A stretch of DNA of 64,000 bases from Archangium gephyra (GTDB lineage: Bacteria > Myxococcota > Myxococcia > Myxococcales > Myxococcaceae), in the NCBI GenBank assembly GCA_003243425.1, contig QFQP01000014.1:32110-96109 (forward strand), written 5' to 3'. Shown in pieces: positions 49,322 to 59,112 of the stretch. Below the pieces are notes generated by a model, which did no database searches, was not told the origin of the DNA, and saw only the letters and a list, made by a program, of their open reading frames with translations. The position numbers and the translations under genes were made by a program. Numbering within the stretch: the first letter of the stretch is position 1; the number at the start of each line of letters is the position of its first letter.

Positions 49322-50953
49322 ATGGCACCGGCCCGTACCTCCAAGTCCTCCGCTGACACGTCCAAGAAGCGCCGTTCCAAGGACGACGAGAAGCCGAAGA
49401 AGAAGCCGACGTCGCGTCGCGCCGCCGAAGAAGACACCGAGTCAGGTCCCGAGCTCGAAGAAGTGGCCGCCCGCGGCGCCGCGGCTGATGAGTCGACCGC
49501 GACCGAAGAGCGTGAAGAACGCCGTGACGATGGCGACGAAGAGCGCCCCCGCCCGGTACTCACGCCCGTGAATCACGCGGTCCGCGACGACGATCTCCAG
49601 GAAGCGCGCATCACCGGTGAGACCGCCGAACAGACGACCGAAGCGGCCGCCGAAGCCGCCGAAGAAGCGGCGGGGCAGGGTGAGAAGAAGCTCCAGGTTC
49701 TCAAGCTGACCGACCTGAAGCGCATGAAGATCACCGAGCTCTCGAAGATGGCCCACAACCTGGGCATCGAGGGCACGCAGGGGCTCAAGAAGCAGGAGCT
49801 GCTGGTCGCCATTCTCCAGAACGTCACCGAGAAGCGGTACGAGGTTCAGGCCGAAGGCGTCATGGAGCAGATGAGCGACGGCTACGGCTTCCTGCGCTCG
49901 GCTGATTCCGACTACCAGCCCAGCCCCGACGACATCTACGTGTCGCCGTCGCAGGTTCGTCGCTTCAACCTGCGCCCCGGTGACACCGTCAGCGGCCCGA
50001 TTCGTCAGCCGCGTGAGGGTGAGCGTTATTTCGCTCTGCAGCGCGTCGAGAAGATCAACTTCGCCGACCCGTTCAGCGCCGACGTCAAAGAGCGCATTCT
50101 CTTCGACAACCTCACCGCGCTCTACCCCACCCAGAAGCTGCACCTCGAGCACGATCAGGGCGACTTCACGACGCGCATCATCGACATGTTCTCGCCGATC
50201 GGCCTCGGTCAGCGGTGCCTCATCGTCGCGCCGCCCAAGGCTGGTAAGACGGTGATGCTGCAGAACATCGCGCACGCGATTTCGAAGAATCACCCCGACA
50301 TCCACCTCATCGTGTTGCTCGTCGACGAGCGCCCCGAAGAAGTGACCGACATGCAGCGCTCGGTGCGCGGTGAAGTCGTCAGCTCGACGTTCGACGAGCC
50401 GGCCACCCGCCACGTGCAGGTCGCCGAGATGGTCATCGACAAGGCCAAGCGTCTGGCCGAGCAGAAGAAGCACGTGTGCATCCTGCTCGACTCGATCACG
50501 CGCCTGGCGCGCGCGTACAACACCGTCGTTCCGCCGTCGGGCAAGATCCTCTCGGGTGGTGTCGACGCCAACGCGCTGCACCGCCCCAAGCGCTTCTTCG
50601 GCGCCGCGCGAAACATCGAAGAAGGCGGCTCGCTCACCATCATCGGCACCGCGCTCATCGACACCGGCAGCCGCATGGACGAAGTGATCTTCGAAGAGTT
50701 CAAGGGCACCGGTAACTCGGAGATCGTCCTCGACCGCAAGCTCTTCGAGAAGCGCATCTTCCCGTGCATGGACATCAACAAGTCCGGCACGCGCAAAGAA
50801 GAGCTGCTGCTGAGCCCGGCAGACCTGGTGCGCATCACCGCGCTCCGTCAGGTGCTGCACCCGTTCACGCCCATCGACGCGATGGAGTTCACGCTCAAAC
50901 ACATGCGGCCGACGAAGAACAACCTCGAGTTCCTCGGCGGTATGAACCGGTGA
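49322..50953 (+). CDS. rho: transcription termination factor Rho with ~125-aa charged N-terminal extension
   Basis: The start was chosen at [10 protein letters not shown]. The canonical Rho part begins near [18 protein letters not shown]. It has an RNA-binding domain (GYGFLR), Walker A PPKAGKT, and a conserved C-terminus. Confidence 0.95.
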   Translation: MAPARTSKSSADTSKKRRSKDDEKPKKKPTSRRAAEEDTESGPELEEVAARGAAADESTATEEREERRDDGDEERPRPVLTPVNHAVRDDDLQEARITGETAEQTTEAAAEAAEEAAGQGEKKLQVLKLTDLKRMKITELSKMAHNLGIEGTQGLKKQELLVAILQNVTEKRYEVQAEGVMEQMSDGYGFLRSADSDYQPSPDDIYVSPSQVRRFNLRPGDTVSGPIRQPREGERYFALQRVEKINFADPFSADVKERILFDNLTALYPTQKLHLEHDQGDFTTRIIDMFSPIGLGQRCLIVAPPKAGKTVMLQNIAHAISKNHPDIHLIVLLVDERPEEVTDMQRSVRGEVVSSTFDEPATRHVQVAEMVIDKAKRLAEQKKHVCILLDSITRLARAYNTVVPPSGKILSGGVDANALHRPKRFFGAARNIEEGGSLTIIGTALIDTGSRMDEVIFEEFKGTGNSEIVLDRKLFEKRIFPCMDINKSGTRKEELLLSPADLVRITALRQVLHPFTPIDAMEFTLKHMRPTKNNLEFLGGMNR

Positions 50954-51252
50954 TGCGCGCGCTCGTCATCGCCGTGGCGTTGAGCTTCACCGGTTGCGGC
51001 TTTCTCCTCGGGGAGCCCGGCGGTGGTGGCGGTCTGCCCAGCGGTCGAGCGTGCGCTTCAGACGACGATTGTGTGCCCAGCGACTGCTGCGGGGAAGGCT
51101 CTGGCGTGGTGCACGTGATGGACGCGCCAGGCTGCCCCGGGCAGTGCAACACCATGTGCCCGCGCGGTCAGACCGACTGCGGCTGCGGCGTGCCGATCTG
51201 CCGTGATTCGCGGTGCACGGTCGCCGTGGCGACAGACCCCATGTGTCAGTGA
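50953..51252 (+). CDS. small Cys-rich lipoprotein
   Basis: 99 aa. Its ATG overlaps the rho stop (TGATG). It has lipobox FTGC and 14 Cys. Confidence 0.65.
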   Translation: MRALVIAVALSFTGCGFLLGEPGGGGGLPSGRACASDDDCVPSDCCGEGSGVVHVMDAPGCPGQCNTMCPRGQTDCGCGVPICRDSRCTVAVATDPMCQ

Positions 51253-51302
51253 CCGGGGGCGGTGGATCGCCCGTTCGGGCTGCGATAAGTGCCCGGCCCC
51301 TG

Positions 51303-52616
51303 ATGAACCGGTTTTTCGCTCTGCTTCCGCTGGTCTGCGCGCTGTCCGCGTGCCCTGTGACGCGCCCGCCACCGACTGGTGATTCCGACGCCGGCACCGT
51401 CGACTTCGTCGGTCGTGCCTGCAACGTCGACGCGGAGTGCGGTTCGCTGCGCTGCGACAAGGTGCGCCGTCAGTGCATCTGTCTGTCGGACCTCAGCTGT
51501 CTTTCGGCGCCCAACGAGCCGCTCAAGTTCTGCAACAACTACACGGGCCTCTGCGTCACCGAGATCACCGGGTGCAAGGGCGACACCGAGTGCGGCGAGA
51601 ACCAGTACTGCGACCCGTCGACGCGTTCGTGTCAGGCGCTCCGCACCTTCTGTCAGACGTGCGCGACCAGCCGTGAATGCGGCGGAGCGGGTGACAACTG
51701 CGTGCTCGACACCGTGCTCAACCGTCGCTTCTGCGGCACGGCGTGCGAGAGCAACGCAGATTGCCCGCGCGGCGCCACCTGTCAGGACAAAGACGGCGCG
51801 CGGCAGTGCTGGCCCGACCGCACCGCCACCGGTCAGGCGGCGACGTGCAACAACTTCACGGGCTGCGTGCCCGACTCGCTGCGCACCTGCAATCAGAGCT
51901 CGGATTGTGGCGACGCTTCTCAGCGCTGTGACACCACGCAGGGCAAGTGCGTGGCGACGTTGCAGGCCTGCCCCTTCGGCACCACCTGCGACCCGCGGCT
52001 CAAGCTGTGCCTTGCCGAATGCACCCAGGACGAAGACTGTGGCGACGCCACGCTGCGCTGTGTGCAGCGCATCTGCGAGCCCATCAGCGAGTGCCAGGTC
52101 GACGACGATTGCGCGCTCAACAAGAGCTGCGCCATTCCGCCCGGCGCCACGGTCGGCGAGTGCAAGACCTCGTGCGGCACCGACACCGAGTGCCCGCTGG
52201 GTCAGGTGTGCGTCAGCAACGGCGGCCGCGCTTCGTGCCGGCCCGGTTGCTCGACCAACGCCGACTGCGCGCTCGACCAGCGGTGCAACAGCACCTCGCG
52301 CACCTGCGAAGGCCCGGTGGTCGGGACCGATCGCGTCTGTCAGGGCACCAGCGCCTGCCGCACCTGCGAAGTGTGCGACGGCGTGAACACCGTGTGCCGC
52401 CCGGCGAAGAACGACTTCCCGCACTGCCTGCCGTGCAGCTCGTCGACCGAGTGCGCCGGCGGTACGTGCGTGGCGCTCACCGGTCAGCAGGTGTGTGCGC
52501 GCTTCTGTGGCCCCGGCCAGGCCGAGTGTCCGCAGGGCTTCGCGTGCCTTACCCTCACCACCGGCCAGCAGGCCTGTGTCCCCTCTGATCGTTCGTGCTC
52601 CGGAAAGTGCCCATGA
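51303..52616 (+). CDS. Cys-rich repeat lipoprotein (myxobacterial Cys-rich repeat type)
   Basis: 437 aa with lipobox LSAC. It has many repeats of the form C-x3-[DE]-C-x5-8-C-x5-8-C (e.g. CESNADCPRGATCQDKDGARQC, CTQDEDCGDATLRCVQRIC). Confidence 0.8.
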   Translation: MNRFFALLPLVCALSACPVTRPPPTGDSDAGTVDFVGRACNVDAECGSLRCDKVRRQCICLSDLSCLSAPNEPLKFCNNYTGLCVTEITGCKGDTECGENQYCDPSTRSCQALRTFCQTCATSRECGGAGDNCVLDTVLNRRFCGTACESNADCPRGATCQDKDGARQCWPDRTATGQAATCNNFTGCVPDSLRTCNQSSDCGDASQRCDTTQGKCVATLQACPFGTTCDPRLKLCLAECTQDEDCGDATLRCVQRICEPISECQVDDDCALNKSCAIPPGATVGECKTSCGTDTECPLGQVCVSNGGRASCRPGCSTNADCALDQRCNSTSRTCEGPVVGTDRVCQGTSACRTCEVCDGVNTVCRPAKNDFPHCLPCSSSTECAGGTCVALTGQQVCARFCGPGQAECPQGFACLTLTTGQQACVPSDRSCSGKCP

Positions 52617-53389
52617 TGCGTTCGCTCGCAGTCGCTCTCGTCGTGTCGTCTTTCTTCGTCGCGTGTTCCCCGCCCGAGAAGCAGCGCGAAGTGTGTGGTG
52701 ACGGCATCGACAACGATGGCAACGGTCTGGCCGATTGCGCCGACGCGGATTGCCAGGGTCAGGAGGTCTGCAAGCCGGTCAACTACGGCGAGTGCCCGAA
52801 GTGCGGCATCGAGTGCGCTGATCAATCGGCCTGCGTGGTGAGCTTCCCCGACGACCGCCCGCTGCCCATGTGCCTGAACGGGCATTGCAACGCGAACTCG
52901 CTGTTCATTCAGCCCAGCATTCAGCTCGACACCAAGGACAACTGGAGCGGCCTCGCGCTCTCGCCCCAGTCCGCGGCGACGCGCTTCATCAAGAAGAAGG
53001 CGGTCGACGGCTCCGAGGTGACGTGCGCGATGATCGCCGCGACTGCGTCCGACCGGATGAAGCCCACCGCCATCGAAGACGCGAAGAAGTACAACGTGCA
53101 GGGGCTCGACGTGACCCGCGTGACGAACCCGATGCTGGGTCAAGGCGTCAGCTTCGCCTTCGTGAACACGCAGATCGGCGGAGACTTCTTGATCTGGGTC
53201 GAACTGTGGGGCGGTGCGCCGGGTACCGACAGCAAGATGCCCACGGGTCGTCGCTTTGGCTGGGGCTGCTTTGAGTCGGCCAGCGTGGTTGGCAACGCGC
53301 TCGTCGACACGGACAACTGCCCGTCGGCGGCGTTCAACTTCGGCACCTGCCGGCGCTTCGTGCTGAAGATGCCCGGGCCCGAAATGTGA
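52613..53389 (+). CDS. lipoprotein with N-terminal DGIDNDGNG Cys-rich motif
   Basis: The start was chosen at MMRSLAV, overlapping the upstream stop. It has lipobox FVAC and the motif CGDGIDNDGNGLADCADADC. Confidence 0.7.
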   Translation: MMRSLAVALVVSSFFVACSPPEKQREVCGDGIDNDGNGLADCADADCQGQEVCKPVNYGECPKCGIECADQSACVVSFPDDRPLPMCLNGHCNANSLFIQPSIQLDTKDNWSGLALSPQSAATRFIKKKAVDGSEVTCAMIAATASDRMKPTAIEDAKKYNVQGLDVTRVTNPMLGQGVSFAFVNTQIGGDFLIWVELWGGAPGTDSKMPTGRRFGWGCFESASVVGNALVDTDNCPSAAFNFGTCRRFVLKMPGPEM

Positions 53390-53499
53390 GCCTCACGCGG
53401 GCGGCAATTTCAGCGCCTGCCGAGACGTCGCTCCGCCGGTTTTCGCTCGTCTGCCGCGCTCCTACGTCATGGCCGGGGGAGCGTGTGCAGGGAGCCGCT

Positions 53500-54393
53500 T
53501 CACGTCCACCTGAGTTTCGAGCGCTCAGCCCAGTAGCGCTCGGGTGGAACGCTGAACGCTTCCCAACCATCGACAGCACCGACGTTCCGCGCGCGCAGGT
53601 TCGACTCGAGCTGCGCGACCGTCGCAGCACCCGACAAGACGACGTCGAGAAACGGCTGCTGCAATGCGATGCCGAGCGCGAGTGCGTCGGGCGTGGTCGC
53701 TTGCTGATGCGCGAACTCTTTCCAGCCCACGACATCACCGCGCGACGAGAGCAGCCCGTTGGCCATGCCTTCCTTCGCGATGGTGTGAGCGCCACGTGCC
53801 TTCGCGCGGGCGAGGGCAGGACCGGCTGACGTTTCGCGCACGTTCCACGTGGCCTGAACCCACGTGAAGATGCCGGTCTCCATCGCCGCGTCGATGACGT
53901 CGCCTTGCCGCGGGCCCGTCACGCTGAGCCCGACGGGAACTCCCAGCGAAGCGAGTCGATCGAGCACCGCGCGATCTTTGAGCACGCCGCTCTCGAGCGT
54001 CGCCGAATGCACCTGGTGCACGTGCAACCGCTCACCCAGCAGCGCGCGTGACTCGGCCCACTGTGACTCGAGGTGGGAAAGCGAGTGGTCCTTCACTTCG
54101 TGCACCTCGGCGTCGGTGCGCCACCCGGCGGTGTACCGGTAGCCCCACTTCGACGAAATGAAGACATCTCGGTGCCCACGCGCGTCGAGCCAACTGGCCA
54201 GAAAGTTCTCCGACTTTCCGTAGCTGCGCGCCGCATCGAAGTGACGGACTCCGCCGGCGTAGGCCGCGTCGAACACTTCGTGCGCGTGAAGTTCCATCGC
54301 GCGCGGCTCCGTCGACGGGAGATCGCCCGAATGCTGCAAGGTCATGTAGCCGGGGCGACCGAGCGCCGCGAGGCCGAGTCCAAGGACTGCCAT
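53500..54393 (-). CDS. aldo/keto reductase
   Basis: The start was chosen at MAVLGLGLAALG. Residues include FDAARSYG and ISSKWG, in a TIM-barrel AKR pattern. Confidence 0.8.
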   Translation of the reverse strand: MAVLGLGLAALGRPGYMTLQHSGDLPSTEPRAMELHAHEVFDAAYAGGVRHFDAARSYGKSENFLASWLDARGHRDVFISSKWGYRYTAGWRTDAEVHEVKDHSLSHLESQWAESRALLGERLHVHQVHSATLESGVLKDRAVLDRLASLGVPVGLSVTGPRQGDVIDAAMETGIFTWVQATWNVRETSAGPALARAKARGAHTIAKEGMANGLLSSRGDVVGWKEFAHQQATTPDALALGIALQQPFLDVVLSGAATVAQLESNLRARNVGAVDGWEAFSVPPERYWAERSKLRWT

Positions 54394-54461
54394 GGGTGCA
54401 TCTGTGCTCCTCGCGCGCGCAACCCGCAAGCACAGTCGCGCGCACGTCAGAGCGGCTCAGC

Positions 54462-55472
54462 TCACTCCTTCGTGAGGATCTCGGCGCCGTCTTCGGTCAC
54501 CAGAATGGTGTGCTCGAACTGCGCGGCGCGCTTCAGGTCGCGGGTGACGGCGGTCCACTCGTCGTCCCACGTCACTTCTTCATGCGAACCCATGGCGATC
54601 ATCGGCTCGATGGTGAAGGTCATGCCCTTTTCCATCTTCGTGTTCGAGCGCGCGTCGAAGTAGTGCGGAATCTGCAGCGAGGTGTGGAACGTCTCGCCGA
54701 TGCCGTGGCCGCAATACGCGCGCACCACGCCGTAGCCGTACTTTTCCGCGTGCTGCTCGATGGAGCGGCCGATGTCGTAGATGGGCCGGCCAATCTTCAC
54801 CGCTTCGATGCCCTTCATCATGCACTCGTGCGTGGCCTTCACGAGCTGCCTGCTGTCTTCGTCGACGTTGCCGACGAAGAAGGTGGCGTTGGTGTCGCCG
54901 TGCATGCCGTCGAGGAAGATGGTGACGTCGATGTTCACGATGTCGCCATCGACCATGGCCCGGTCGTCGGGGATGCCGTGGCAGATGACCTCGTTGACCG
55001 AGGTGCACACCGACTTGGGGAAGCCGCGGTAGTTGAGCGGGCTCGGGTAGCCGCCGGCCTTGATGCACGCCTCGTGAACGAAGGCGTCGATGTCGTCGGT
55101 CTTGAGGCCCGGCTTCACCAGCTCGCCGGCCATGCGGAGAATTCGCGCCGCTTCACGACACGCGCGGCGCATGCGTACCAGCTCTTCGTCGGTGCGAACG
55201 TTGCGGCCGCTGCCACGGGAAGGGCTGCCGGTCTGCCAGTAATCGGGCTTGGGAATCGAATCGGGCACCGGGCGGCGCGGCGAGATCTTCCCCTGCTGCA
55301 CCTTGTTCAACTCGAGGCGCTTGCGCTCGAGCTTCGCGTAGTCGGCGTCGGCCTCGGCGTGGCATTTCTTGTACTTCTTGCCGCTGCCGCACCAGCAGGC
55401 GTCGTTGGTCTTCGGCAGCTTGATGGGCGGGCGCTGTGTGGGCGGCGTCTGCGTCGCGATTTCCTGCGTCAC
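54462..55472 (-). CDS. map: type I methionine aminopeptidase with N-terminal SEC-C zinc motif
   Basis: 336 aa. It has CWCGSGKKYKKCH (SEC-C) and the MetAP metal ligand contexts DGDIVNIDVT, HGIGETFH and FTIEPM. Confidence 0.93.
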   Translation of the reverse strand: MTQEIATQTPPTQRPPIKLPKTNDACWCGSGKKYKKCHAEADADYAKLERKRLELNKVQQGKISPRRPVPDSIPKPDYWQTGSPSRGSGRNVRTDEELVRMRRACREAARILRMAGELVKPGLKTDDIDAFVHEACIKAGGYPSPLNYRGFPKSVCTSVNEVICHGIPDDRAMVDGDIVNIDVTIFLDGMHGDTNATFFVGNVDEDSRQLVKATHECMMKGIEAVKIGRPIYDIGRSIEQHAEKYGYGVVRAYCGHGIGETFHTSLQIPHYFDARSNTKMEKGMTFTIEPMIAMGSHEEVTWDDEWTAVTRDLKRAAQFEHTILVTEDGAEILTKE

Positions 55473-55906
55473 GGGGTGAGTCCTTTGAAGAAATGACGTT
55501 CGGTGTCGGCCAGCACGTCGAGCAGGTGGTGGCGCTTCACGCGGCCTTCCGTCGCTTCGGCAAAGCCCAGCAGCTGCTCAGTCATGAAGCGCGAGAGGAA
55601 CAACAACATGGGTTTGTCTTTAGCGCTGAGGCCCTCGGTGAGCCACCGGTGGTTCCGCAGGTAGTCGTCGTAGGCCTCCACCTCTCGGCCGAGGTCGAAG
55701 CGCGTGAGCTGGAACGCGGCCTGATAGAGCTGGCGGGGCGGGCGCTCGAGCACGCCGGCGAGCACCGCGATGGTCTGCGGTTCTTCGACTTTCGGTGGCC
55801 ACACCAGCAGGTCCTGCGCGAAGAGCTTCGCCACTTCGGCCAGCAGGTGCGTCAGCACCGGGATGGGTTTGTGGTCGAGAACGAGGTCCCACTTCGAGGG
55901 CTGCAC
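55469..55906 (-). CDS. hypothetical protein
   Basis: 145 aa. It has G+C-rich third codon positions and a 4-nt overlap with map. I recognise no domain. Confidence 0.55.
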   Translation of the reverse strand: MQPSKWDLVLDHKPIPVLTHLLAEVAKLFAQDLLVWPPKVEEPQTIAVLAGVLERPPRQLYQAAFQLTRFDLGREVEAYDDYLRNHRWLTEGLSAKDKPMLLFLSRFMTEQLLGFAEATEGRVKRHHLLDVLADTERHFFKGLTP

Positions 55907-55915
55907 GCCGCTCTT

Positions 55916-56719
55916 CTACACCGTCAGGCGGGTGAGGCGTTTGCTGCGCGGCTCTTCGGGCACCGGCATTCCGTAGCCTTCGAAGAGCTCGCGGCGCACG
56001 TGCTGGTAGACGGTGCGGTTGGTGAGCAGCTCGCGGTGCACCACGTCGGGTACGTCGATGTTGCGGAGGTTGGAATACGCCTCGGCGTCGTCGAGCACGC
56101 AGGTGGGGTAGCCGTTGACGCGGTCCGCGCGCGACCAGATCGACGTGAGCTTCACCGCGCTGGGGAAGGCACCGGCCTTCAGCTCGCGGATGAAGGGCGA
56201 GACCGGCGTGAGCTGCCAGATGCTGCGCGAGATCGCGCCGTAGGCCGCGATGCCGAAGTATGCCGACGACGAGCCGTTGAACGGCGTGCCCAGGGTGATG
56301 AGGTTCTTCACGCGCTGATGCCCACCGAGGCGCTTGACGTAATACGCGCCGATGAGACCGCCCTTGGAGTGCCCGACGATCGACAGCGGGCCCATCTGCG
56401 GAAAGCGCTCGTACAGCCGGTCGACCTTCTGGCGAACCTTGTCGGCGAGCTGGTCGATGGCGTTGGTGTTGAACAGATCCATCCAGCCGCCGAGGTTGAT
56501 GCTCCACACGCAGAATTGATCGCGGCGCAGGCGGTGCTCGAGAATTTCGAAGCTCTGCCGCGTCGACATGAAGCCGTACAGCAGCAGCACCGGCCGCGGG
56601 CAGTTGGTGAAGTCGGTGCGGCGCACGACCTGATTCGTCGCCCGATCGAACTCGAAGTAGCCCTTGATGTAGCGCGCGTAGCGTTTGAGTTGGCGCAGAC
56701 GCAGGTCCAACAGCGACAT
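55916..56719 (-). CDS. alpha/beta-hydrolase (lipase-like)
   Basis: The start was chosen at MSLLDL (GGGAG upstream). It has the nucleophile elbow GHSKGG. Confidence 0.75.
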   Translation of the reverse strand: MSLLDLRLRQLKRYARYIKGYFEFDRATNQVVRRTDFTNCPRPVLLLYGFMSTRQSFEILEHRLRRDQFCVWSINLGGWMDLFNTNAIDQLADKVRQKVDRLYERFPQMGPLSIVGHSKGGLIGAYYVKRLGGHQRVKNLITLGTPFNGSSSAYFGIAAYGAISRSIWQLTPVSPFIRELKAGAFPSAVKLTSIWSRADRVNGYPTCVLDDAEAYSNLRNIDVPDVVHRELLTNRTVYQHVRRELFEGYGMPVPEEPRSKRLTRLTV

Positions 56720-56807
56720 CGAGACTCCCGAAGTACGGCCGTTCGCCGCCAATTCTAGTGCCCCGGCCGATGCACCGCGAAAGTTCGCGTGTGGGTGGAG
56801 CGCTGCG

Positions 56808-57395
56808 TCAGGCGGCGCGACAGAGCACGAACCAGTTGTCGAGCTGCTTGCCGTTGCGCGACGCGCGGCCGATCGACACGTGCTTCGAAACGCCGCGCAC
56901 CACGTCCTTCGTGCGGTTGTAGACGAAGTAGGAGAGCCGGCTGGCGTTGTCGAGAATCGGCGGCGCGCCGAGCAGCGGTCTGGGCGGCAATTGCGTGTAG
57001 TCGACGAGCACCTCGTCGCCTTGCTGCACGGTCACGAAGTAGCCGGGGCCGACCGTGGTGGTGACCAGGCCCGACGTTCGGTTGAACCCCCAGCGTTCAC
57101 TCGCCGCGCGCGCGGCGTCGTCGGGCACGGCGAACACCTTCGCGAAGCGGCTGAAGGCCAGCATCGAGTTTCGGCCTTCGTGCGTCACGCCGCTGAGCGG
57201 AGCTCCAGTGGCCGGCGCCAGATCTTCGAGCGTGAAGCGGCGCGCGCCCTGAACTACCTCGAACAGCTTCGCCTGCTGCGCGCCGGTGAGCGCCAGGGTC
57301 TCGACAACTCGCCGTTCGTCATCGAGCGCGTCGAGGTGTGCAGCGAGTGCAGCGGCGTTGACGTCATTCGCGTCGAGCAAAGTAGCGAGGCTCAT
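56808..57395 (-). CDS. hypothetical protein
   Basis: Only the last 195 codons of track ORF 56808-59063 look coding (MSLATLLDAN...). The rest is antisense to the response regulator gene. Confidence 0.55.
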   Translation of the reverse strand: MSLATLLDANDVNAAALAAHLDALDDERRVVETLALTGAQQAKLFEVVQGARRFTLEDLAPATGAPLSGVTHEGRNSMLAFSRFAKVFAVPDDAARAASERWGFNRTSGLVTTTVGPGYFVTVQQGDEVLVDYTQLPPRPLLGAPPILDNASRLSYFVYNRTKDVVRGVSKHVSIGRASRNGKQLDNWFVLCRAA

Positions 57396-57458
57396 GCATG
57401 GGCGCGTAGCACTTCCTCCTGTACTTGGCCGCGCACTGTCGTAACGCTCCTTTCGTTC

Positions 57459-59069
57459 ATGGACTTCGAAGAGCCGGTGACGATGGACCTGCGCCGCCGA
57501 ATTCTGGTGGTGGGGCATGGTGAGGTTGGCGAGGCGCTGGTCGAGCAGCTCGAAGGCGAGGGCTTCGACGTGGCCGCCACGCCAGACCCGCTGCGAGTCC
57601 CTGAACACACCAAGAGCTGGAAGCCCGACCTGGTGCTGGTGCAGGAGTCGCTGCCGGGCCGCTCGGGCCGCCAGGTGGTGCTCTCGCTGCGCGCGAACGG
57701 CGACGTCTTCAAGACCCCCATCGTCGGCGTGCTCAACGACGTCAGCGTTCTCCACACGCTCGCGTGGATGCGCGTCGGTGCCACCGACATCTGGCGGTTT
57801 CCCTTCACGCGCGGGGTGTCGAGCCGCGCGCGCGAGCTCATCGACGAGTGCGATCGCTCGCAGGTTCAGCTCGGCCACATGAAGACGCGCGTGCTCGCGT
57901 GGTGCGCGCGCGCCCAGCTCAACGGCACGGTGACGATGTACATGGGCACGCCGTTCGAAGGCCGCGCCACGTTCGTCAATGGCGAACTGCACATGGCGCA
58001 GCTCGGGTCGTTCACCGGTGAACGCGCGCTCGCGCAGCTCCTCGAGCTGGAAGACGGCCCCATGCGCTGGGACGTCGGCTCGTCGCAGCCGGGAGTGAAG
58101 GCCGTTCCTCCCGCGGGCTACAAGATCCGCGTGCTCGTCGTCGAAGACGAGCCCACCCTGCGCAAGATGGTGACGCGGAAGCTCGAGAGCGCGGGCTACG
58201 TGGTCGAGGCCGTCGAAGACGGCGAAGCCGCCCTGCACCTCGCGCCGCACAAGCCGTGGGACGTGATGGTGGTCGACTTCGATCTCCCGCGGCTCGACGG
58301 CTGGGGGTTGTTGCGTGCGCTGCGTGAAGACGTGGTGCTGCGTGAGATCGCCGTCGCCGTGCTCTCGGCGCACGAAGACGCGGTCGAGACGCTGAAGATG
58401 GCGCGCGCGGGTGCCCGGGCGTACCTGCACAAGTCGGGTCGCGCGAAGGAACTGCTCGACGCCGTCAGCCTGCTCGCCACGCCCCGCGCGAAGCTGTGGA
58501 ACGCGCTCGAGCGCCGCACCGACGTCGAAGTGCAGCTGCGCGCCGTCGGCCCTGCGTGGTTGTTGCGCACGCTGGCGGAGCTCGATTGCGCCGGTCGTCT
58601 CGAACTCGAAGACGCGCTCGGCCGCTACGAGGTGACGGTGTCGCAAGGTCACCTCATCGAAGCCGTCGCACAGACCGGCAGTCTGCGCGTCACCGGGCAC
58701 GTGGCGCTCGAAGCCATTCTGGTCAGCCGCGCCGATGGCCGCTTCGTGTTCTCGCCCATCGAACCGCCGCCCACCGCGCGGTGGATCTACGAGCAGCTCG
58801 ACGAGACGTGCGACCTGTTGCGGCGAGAAGAAGCCGCCAAGTTGAAGTCGGCCTTGTCGCGACCCGGCAGCCTGGTGCTCAACGAAGAACTCGCCGAGCT
58901 CTTTGCCCGGGTGGCCACCGTCGATCAGCTCAAGGTGCTCGACGCGCTCCGTGAAACGCCGCCCGACGTGGAAGGCCTGGTGGCCGCCACGGGGCTGCCC
59001 ACGGCCGACATCGAACAGTCGCTGGCGGCGCTGCTCCGGCGCGGCATTCTGTCGCCAGAACAACGGTAA
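57459..59069 (+). CDS. double response regulator: pseudo-receiver + PATAN/DUF4388-like + receiver + PATAN/DUF4388-like
   Basis: The start is at MDFEEP, with ATG 57483 as the alternative. The first REC-like domain has Gln where the phospho-Asp is expected (DLVLVQESLPG). The second has canonical VMVVDFDLPRLDG. Each is followed by a segment resembling DUF4388 (GTVTMYMG..., GRLELEDA...). Confidence 0.75.
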   Translation: MDFEEPVTMDLRRRILVVGHGEVGEALVEQLEGEGFDVAATPDPLRVPEHTKSWKPDLVLVQESLPGRSGRQVVLSLRANGDVFKTPIVGVLNDVSVLHTLAWMRVGATDIWRFPFTRGVSSRARELIDECDRSQVQLGHMKTRVLAWCARAQLNGTVTMYMGTPFEGRATFVNGELHMAQLGSFTGERALAQLLELEDGPMRWDVGSSQPGVKAVPPAGYKIRVLVVEDEPTLRKMVTRKLESAGYVVEAVEDGEAALHLAPHKPWDVMVVDFDLPRLDGWGLLRALREDVVLREIAVAVLSAHEDAVETLKMARAGARAYLHKSGRAKELLDAVSLLATPRAKLWNALERRTDVEVQLRAVGPAWLLRTLAELDCAGRLELEDALGRYEVTVSQGHLIEAVAQTGSLRVTGHVALEAILVSRADGRFVFSPIEPPPTARWIYEQLDETCDLLRREEAAKLKSALSRPGSLVLNEELAELFARVATVDQLKVLDALRETPPDVEGLVAATGLPTADIEQSLAALLRRGILSPEQR

Positions 59070-59112
59070 TTTCAGCCATTTACAGGTCAGTGCGCGCGCG
59101 CGGTTGAAATGA

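Noticed and set aside
49442-52424. 486-aa (49442-50902) and 392-aa (51246-52424) minus-strand ORFs, and the 335-aa alternative frame 51379-52386
   Set aside because: They are shadows of rho and of the Cys-rich repeat lipoprotein gene. The chosen frames carry Rho motifs and the regular Cys spacing.
54396-56758. 366-aa and 440-aa plus-strand ORFs and the 295-aa minus ORF 55620-56507
   Set aside because: They overlap map, the 145-aa hypothetical gene and the alpha/beta hydrolase gene in antisense or alternative frames. Only the chosen frames show MetAP and GHSKGG motifs and G+C-rich third positions.
56685-59063. 5' extension of the plus ORF (56685-57458) and upstream 556 codons of the minus ORF (57396-59063)
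   Set aside because: Each is the antisense shadow of the other strand's real gene. The coding parts were delimited by receiver-domain motifs on the plus strand, and by composition plus an internal Met on the minus strand.
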